A stretch of 64,000 bases of DNA, from positions 801,893 to 865,892 of the forward strand of contig CAWESZ010000005.1 in the NCBI GenBank assembly GCA_963811865.1, read 5' to 3'. A model generated the notes under the pieces. That model saw only the letters and a list, made by a program, of their open reading frames with translations, had not been told where the DNA came from and did not search any database. Origin of the DNA: an uncultured delta proteobacterium. GTDB taxonomy: Bacteria; Desulfobacterota; Binatia; Binatales; Binataceae. Both the position numbers and the translations under genes were made by a program. Shown piece by piece: positions 59,918 through 64,000 of the stretch. Numbering within the stretch: the stretch's first letter is position 1; each line of letters opens with the position of its first letter.

Positions 59918-61444
59918 ATGGCGGCGCCGCTCAACATCCTCTTCATCACCGTCGATCAATGGCGGGGTGATTGCCTGTCCGCGCTGGGCCATCCGATCGT
60001 GCGCACGCCGCATCTCGACGCGCTCGCAGCCGAGGGTGTGCTCTTCCGGCGTCATTTCGCCAACGCAGTGCCCTGCGGTCCCAGCCGCGCGTCGCTGCAC
60101 ACCGGGATGTACCTGCAGAACCATCGCTCGGGCACCAACGGCACTCCGCTCGACGCGCGCCACACCAACTGGGCCAAGGAGCTTCGCGCGCACGGCTACG
60201 ATCCGGTGCTCGTCGGCTATACCGACACTGCTCAGGATCCGCGCGCGCTCGAGCAAGACAGTCCCTGGCTGCGAACCTACGAAGGCCCGCTGCCCGGAAT
60301 CAGGCCGATCTGTCATATGGGCGAGACCCCGACGCCATGGGCGGATTGGCTGAAGTCGCGCGGCTTCGAGGTTCCGCCGGACATTCGCTTCGCCTACATG
60401 AATCGCGCGCCCGGCCCGGACTACGAAGACGGCGCGCCGCATCCCAAGCCGCTGATCTATCCGCTCGAATGCGACGACACCGCCTTTCTCGTCAACCAGG
60501 CGATGGATTACATCCGCACCGCGAACGGCCCTTTCGTCACGCATCTCTCGATCCTGCGGCCTCATCCGCCGTGGGTCGCGCCCGAACCGTACAACGCGAT
60601 GTACGATCCCGCCGCCGTGCCGGGCTTCACGCGCCGCGCGACGCCCGATGAGGAAGCGGGGCAGCATCCGTGGCTCGCGCATCAGTTGGCCAAGCGGGTC
60701 TTTCGCGCTCCCGCCGACGAGCGCAAGCTCCGGCGTCTGAAGGCGGTGTACTTTGGCCTGATGAGCCGGGTCGACGCGGAAATCGGCCGGTTGGTGAGCT
60801 TTCTCAAGGAGACGGGCCGCTGGGACTCGACGCTGATCATCCTGACTTCCGATCACGGCGAGCAGATCGGCGACCATTGGCTGCTCGGCAAATGCGGCTA
60901 CTTCGACGGCTCCTATCATATCCCGCTGATCATCCGCGATCCGCGCCCGAGCGCCGACGCAGCGCGCGGCATGGTCATGTCGTCGTTCACCGAGAACGTC
61001 GATATCATGCCGACGATGCTCGAAGCGCTCGGCGTGGAAATTCCCGTCCAGTGCGACGGTCTTTCGCTTGCGCCGTTCCTGCAAGGTCGCCAGCGCCCCG
61101 GCAACTGGCGGATCGAAGCGCACTGGGAATACGACTTCCGCGATCCTGCCGATCCCACCGCCGAGCGCCGGCTGGGTCTGACGATGCATCAGTGCACGAT
61201 GAACGTCATTCGCGACGAACATTACAAGTACGTTCATTTCACCCGGCTGCCGCCGCTGTTCTTCGATTTGCAGAACGACCCGGACGAGTTCGAGAACCGC
61301 GCGAGCAATCCCGCTTACCTGCCGCTCGTGCTCGAATATGCGCAGAAGCTGCTTTCGTGGCGGATGAACCACGACGAGCAGACCCTGACCCATATCGCGC
61401 TCACCGAACAGGGCGTCGTCGCGCGCCAGTCCGCGCGCTACTGA
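59918..61444 (+). CDS. sulfatase (alkaline-phosphatase superfamily)
   Basis: Formylglycine motif PCGPSRASLHTGMY, LFITVDQWRGD, TSDHGEQIGDHWLLGK. Confidence 0.8.
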   Translation: MAAPLNILFITVDQWRGDCLSALGHPIVRTPHLDALAAEGVLFRRHFANAVPCGPSRASLHTGMYLQNHRSGTNGTPLDARHTNWAKELRAHGYDPVLVGYTDTAQDPRALEQDSPWLRTYEGPLPGIRPICHMGETPTPWADWLKSRGFEVPPDIRFAYMNRAPGPDYEDGAPHPKPLIYPLECDDTAFLVNQAMDYIRTANGPFVTHLSILRPHPPWVAPEPYNAMYDPAAVPGFTRRATPDEEAGQHPWLAHQLAKRVFRAPADERKLRRLKAVYFGLMSRVDAEIGRLVSFLKETGRWDSTLIILTSDHGEQIGDHWLLGKCGYFDGSYHIPLIIRDPRPSADAARGMVMSSFTENVDIMPTMLEALGVEIPVQCDGLSLAPFLQGRQRPGNWRIEAHWEYDFRDPADPTAERRLGLTMHQCTMNVIRDEHYKYVHFTRLPPLFFDLQNDPDEFENRASNPAYLPLVLEYAQKLLSWRMNHDEQTLTHIALTEQGVVARQSARY

Positions 61445-61451
61445 TTCGCTA

Positions 61452-62324
61452 TCATCCCCGATGCAGCCCGTCGTGCATTCCGCGTGCGATCGCGAGCCGC
61501 TTCTCCTCGCGCGCTACGCGTTCCAGCCCGGCGCCGAGCGCGCGCGCCAATCCAACCCTGACGCTCGCGATCAGATTCTTGAGCGTCACCTCGATCCGCG
61601 GGTGATGCTCGTGAAGCATCCGGCATCGCCCACGCTCGCGCGCGACGCGCAGAAATCGCTCGCGAGTGGCCCGGCTCGGATCGACTTCGTGATAGACGAC
61701 TGCGCCTGGCGCGTAGCCGATCCGAAAGCCGGCGCGCCGCAACCGCGCTGACATCTCGGTTTCCTCCTCATGGCCCGCCGCGCCCGGCCCGAGCCTCTCG
61801 TCGAACTTCCCGACGCGATCGAGCGCCGCGCGCTGAAACGCCATGTTCGCGCCGAGCACGCCACGCACCTCGATCACCTGATCGCCGTGATTGGCCAGCG
61901 GGAGATCGAGATAGACCGCGGCGGCGCCCACTTTGTGCGCGGGATCTTCGGCGGGCAGGATGCGGCCCTTCATCGCGGCGAATTCCGGATGCTCCTCGAA
62001 AAAGCGCTCGACCGCGTCGAGGTAACCGGGCGAAACGGTCAGATCGTCGTCGAGGCACACGATGATCTCGCCGCGCGCGGCGGCGATCGCGCGGTTCTGA
62101 ATTCGGCACTTGCCCGGCCGCGGATCGTGCAGATGAATGAGCGGCGCAATGTTTTCCGACGCTTGCGGCAAGCGCGACGGCTCCGACGTCCCGTTCTCGG
62201 CAATCAACAATTCGCGACCGTCGCCCGCCGGCGTATCGGGCCTGAGTTGCGGCGCGAGACTCTCCACCAACCGTGCGAGCGCCGCGGGACGGGAGTGCGT
62301 CGCGATAACCACCGACAGCTTCAA
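61452..62324 (-). CDS. glycosyltransferase family 2
   Basis: MKLSVVIATHSRPAALARLVESL, DxD-region IVCLDDDL. Confidence 0.8.
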   Translation of the reverse strand: MKLSVVIATHSRPAALARLVESLAPQLRPDTPAGDGRELLIAENGTSEPSRLPQASENIAPLIHLHDPRPGKCRIQNRAIAAARGEIIVCLDDDLTVSPGYLDAVERFFEEHPEFAAMKGRILPAEDPAHKVGAAAVYLDLPLANHGDQVIEVRGVLGANMAFQRAALDRVGKFDERLGPGAAGHEEETEMSARLRRAGFRIGYAPGAVVYHEVDPSRATRERFLRVARERGRCRMLHEHHPRIEVTLKNLIASVRVGLARALGAGLERVAREEKRLAIARGMHDGLHRG

Positions 62325-62377
62325 ACCATCGAGATGTTACGCGCCGGAGAACCAGCAAACAAAAGCGCAACTGCGCC

Positions 62378-62510
62378 CGTAGCGGGCGGTTTCGGAGTCG
62401 GGCGCCCGCCAGGGACGCCGCCCAATGACCGGCGGGACGCCGGTCCTACTTCTGGAAGTAGCGCCGCCGTCCCGGCGGTGATTCACGCCGGCGTCGCGCC
62501 GGTGATTCGG
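62378..62510. repeat. GC-rich REP-like element (gtagcgggcggtttcggagtcgg ... cctacttctggaagtagcg palindrome), related to elements at 39761 and 53120
   Basis: Shares its 5' block with 39761-39870 and a 30-nt block with 53120-53215. Confidence 0.45.
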
Positions 62511-62636
62511 ACCTGTAGCTCGCGCTATCAGGACCGCCACTACCGTCACGCCGGTGCGGCGGACCGCTAGATTCGCGACTTAAACGACCGCTTGAATTAG
62601 ATCGGCGGGGCGGTTAGACCATTTCATCTGCCCGGC

Positions 62637-62722
62637 GCGAGAGTGGCGGAACGGCAGACGCGCAAGGCTCAGGACCTTGTGGGCGCAAGCTCGTGGGGGT
62701 TCAAGTCCCCCCTCTCGCACCA
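62637..62722 (+). tRNA. tRNA-Leu (anticodon CAG), type II with long variable arm, CCA encoded
   Basis: GCGAGAG...CTCTCGC acceptor stem. Anticodon loop CTCAGGA. TpsiC arm GGGGGTTCAAGTCCCCC. 86 nt. Very close to E. coli tRNA-Leu(CAG). Confidence 0.85.
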
Positions 62723-62750
62723 TCCGATTCTGGCGGTGCCGACGATCCGA

Positions 62751-63152
62751 TCAAGCCGCGAGAATATCGGTCGGGTTCCGGACAATCGAGGGGAATTTCC
62801 GCTGCAAGCGCCGGTCAAAGCTGGCCACGCTGGTCCTCAGCCGGATCGCCAGTTCAACGAACAGGGTGTCGTAGGCGGGATGGCCGGCAACAATGGCGCG
62901 CGTTACCGCTCCCCTCCACAGCTCTGCAACGTCCACGGACTCTATCGGCAGGGCGCTGGCGCGGCTGAGGATAGCGTCGATTTCTTCGGCGGCGATACGT
63001 TTAAGCTGCACCGCTTTCCAGACCACGTTGGAAAACTCCGCTTTCCAGTGAGACGGCGCGGCCAAGTCCCACTTGCCCGCGAGCAGTCGAACGGCTTCTT
63101 GGCCGGTTTCCGATTCGGCGAGCAGCGCGGCCGCTACCACGTCGGTGTCCAC
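62751..63152 (-). CDS. vapC: PIN-domain ribonuclease toxin VapC
   Basis: GTG start. N-terminal (V)DTDVVAAALL with conserved Asp, ~133 aa. Downstream of and abutting the RHH antitoxin gene. Confidence 0.75.
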   Translation of the reverse strand: MDTDVVAAALLAESETGQEAVRLLAGKWDLAAPSHWKAEFSNVVWKAVQLKRIAAEEIDAILSRASALPIESVDVAELWRGAVTRAIVAGHPAYDTLFVELAIRLRTSVASFDRRLQRKFPSIVRNPTDILAA

Positions 63153-63160
63153 GACCAGCT

Positions 63161-63382
63161 TTATGCGCGTCCCTCCTCGATCGCGCTCTGAATTTCATCC
63201 AGGGTCATCGCTGCGCCAAGCCGAACGCGCACTGCCGTAAGCTGCTCCGCCAGCGAAGCGCGATCAACGGCCGCCTCCTCGAGGATCGACAAGATCTCTT
63301 TCTGCATTGACCGCCGGTTCCGTCGAGCCCGGCCTCGGAGTGCCCGCAAGACGGGATCCGGTACGTTACGAAGCGTAAGGGT
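63161..63382 (-). CDS. vapB: VapB/FitA-like ribbon-helix-helix antitoxin
   Basis: MSRTLTLRNVPDPVLRALRGRARRNRRSMQKEILSILEEA, typical RHH antitoxin. Internal ATG is preferred over the ORF-track start. Confidence 0.6.
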   Translation of the reverse strand, partial: TLTLRNVPDPVLRALRGRARRNRRSMQKEILSILEEAAVDRASLAEQLTAVRVRLGAAMTLDEIQSAIEEGRA

Positions 63383-63461
63383 TCGAGACATCCTGCCCAA
63401 TACTATGCAGTCAAAATGACTGCATGTCAAAAGTTGGTCGCTGTGGCAGGTTCCGGTTAAG

Positions 63462-63749
63462 CTACATCGGCGGCTTGCTTGGCTCGCCGGAATCTCCGCT
63501 CCCCGAGCCACTATCGCCGCTGGTGGTGCCTGTGCAGGCTGCCACGTCAGCATCGCTGACGCCCAGCGCCGAGGCGATATCTGAATCGCTCCGTCCGGCC
63601 CCGCGCTGAAACGCCACGACGTTGCAGTTGGCGCGACCGGCCGTGAGTGAGGCGCATCCGGCGAATCCCGATGCCACCAGCAATGCCCCGGCCGTCACGA
63701 CCAGTCTCCCGAGCTTCCGGCGTTCCAGCTTGCGCCCCGCGATCAGCAT
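63462..63749 (-). CDS. hypothetical small lipoprotein
   Basis: Signal peptide with lipobox LLVASGFAGC, Ser/Gly/Asp-rich C-terminus. Confidence 0.4.
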   Translation of the reverse strand: MLIAGRKLERRKLGRLVVTAGALLVASGFAGCASLTAGRANCNVVAFQRGAGRSDSDIASALGVSDADVAACTGTTSGDSGSGSGDSGEPSKPPM

Positions 63750-64000
63750 GACGGTCTCTCCTGCAGCCCGACCAGAAGGCCACCGAATGAAGTTGCGGGC
63801 AGGTTAGTACACCGGAGGGCAATACGTCCACCTGTTACTGAATTGCTGACTTAGTCGCGGCGATCGCTGACTAAGTCGCCCCGGCTGCGATGGATACATC
63901 CGGGGTCCGCCAGGTTCCATCACGGCGTGCGTTGGACGTTGCGTCTTGCAACCGTTCCTGCCGGGTCCATATGATTTTGCGGGCGCGTCAGCGCCCTTTT

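Noticed and set aside
1-64000. CRISPR arrays, rRNA genes, prophage structural genes, additional tRNAs
   Set aside because: No regularly spaced direct repeats, no rRNA-like conserved blocks and no phage capsid, terminase or tail homologues were seen. Only one tRNA (Leu-CAG) was recognised.

Overview
High-GC (roughly 65-70%) bacterial chromosomal segment, Gram-negative-like: lipoproteins, HlyD-type membrane fusion protein, SPOR and RlpA-like proteins, an LptE-like lipoprotein, and a tRNA-Leu that closely resembles the E. coli sequence. Most of the window is housekeeping: ilvB, hisG/hisI, thrB-metF-folE-rpiA-glycerate kinase, an IDH-family dehydrogenase, glpD, nth, yceD-rpmF-plsX-fabD-acpP, nrdR-ribD, ribBA-nusB, lptE-holA, gcvH, and cell-envelope glycosyltransferases with a sulfatase. 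Accessory content: (i) a minus-strand operon HlyD/EmrA-like adaptor + APH-fold kinase + two fused ABC exporters (2.8-9.0 kb); (ii) two tandem ~2-kb paralogous lipoprotein genes with carboxypeptidase-regulatory-like domains, divergently paired with a vWA-TM-FHA membrane protein (9.1-15.6 kb); (iii) an IS481-family element (22.1-23.4 kb); (iv) a lower-GC stress islet (24.9-29.4 kb) with a BON/OsmY-like gene, a CsbD-like gene and tiny hydrophobic or glycine-rich ORFs, holding three copies of a conserved ~58-nt element placed just upstream of ribosome-binding sites; (v) an 810-aa SPFH(band-7)-TM-Sel1-repeat fusion protein; (vi) a GC-rich REP-like palindromic repeat family at three intergenic loci; (vii) tRNA-Leu(CAG) followed by a vapBC toxin-antitoxin pair at the window end. 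Many otherwise conserved genes (two ABC exporters, HlyD, thrB, metF-like, folE, rpiA with ~5 shifts, plsX, fabD, enoyl-CoA hydratase, alpha/beta hydrolase, RlpA-like, PcaB-like, MetE-like, IS transposase) need one or more frameshifts to reconstruct. This pattern fits indel sequencing or assembly errors better than pseudogenes, so coordinates for those genes are approximate. No CRISPR array, rRNA or obvious prophage was seen.
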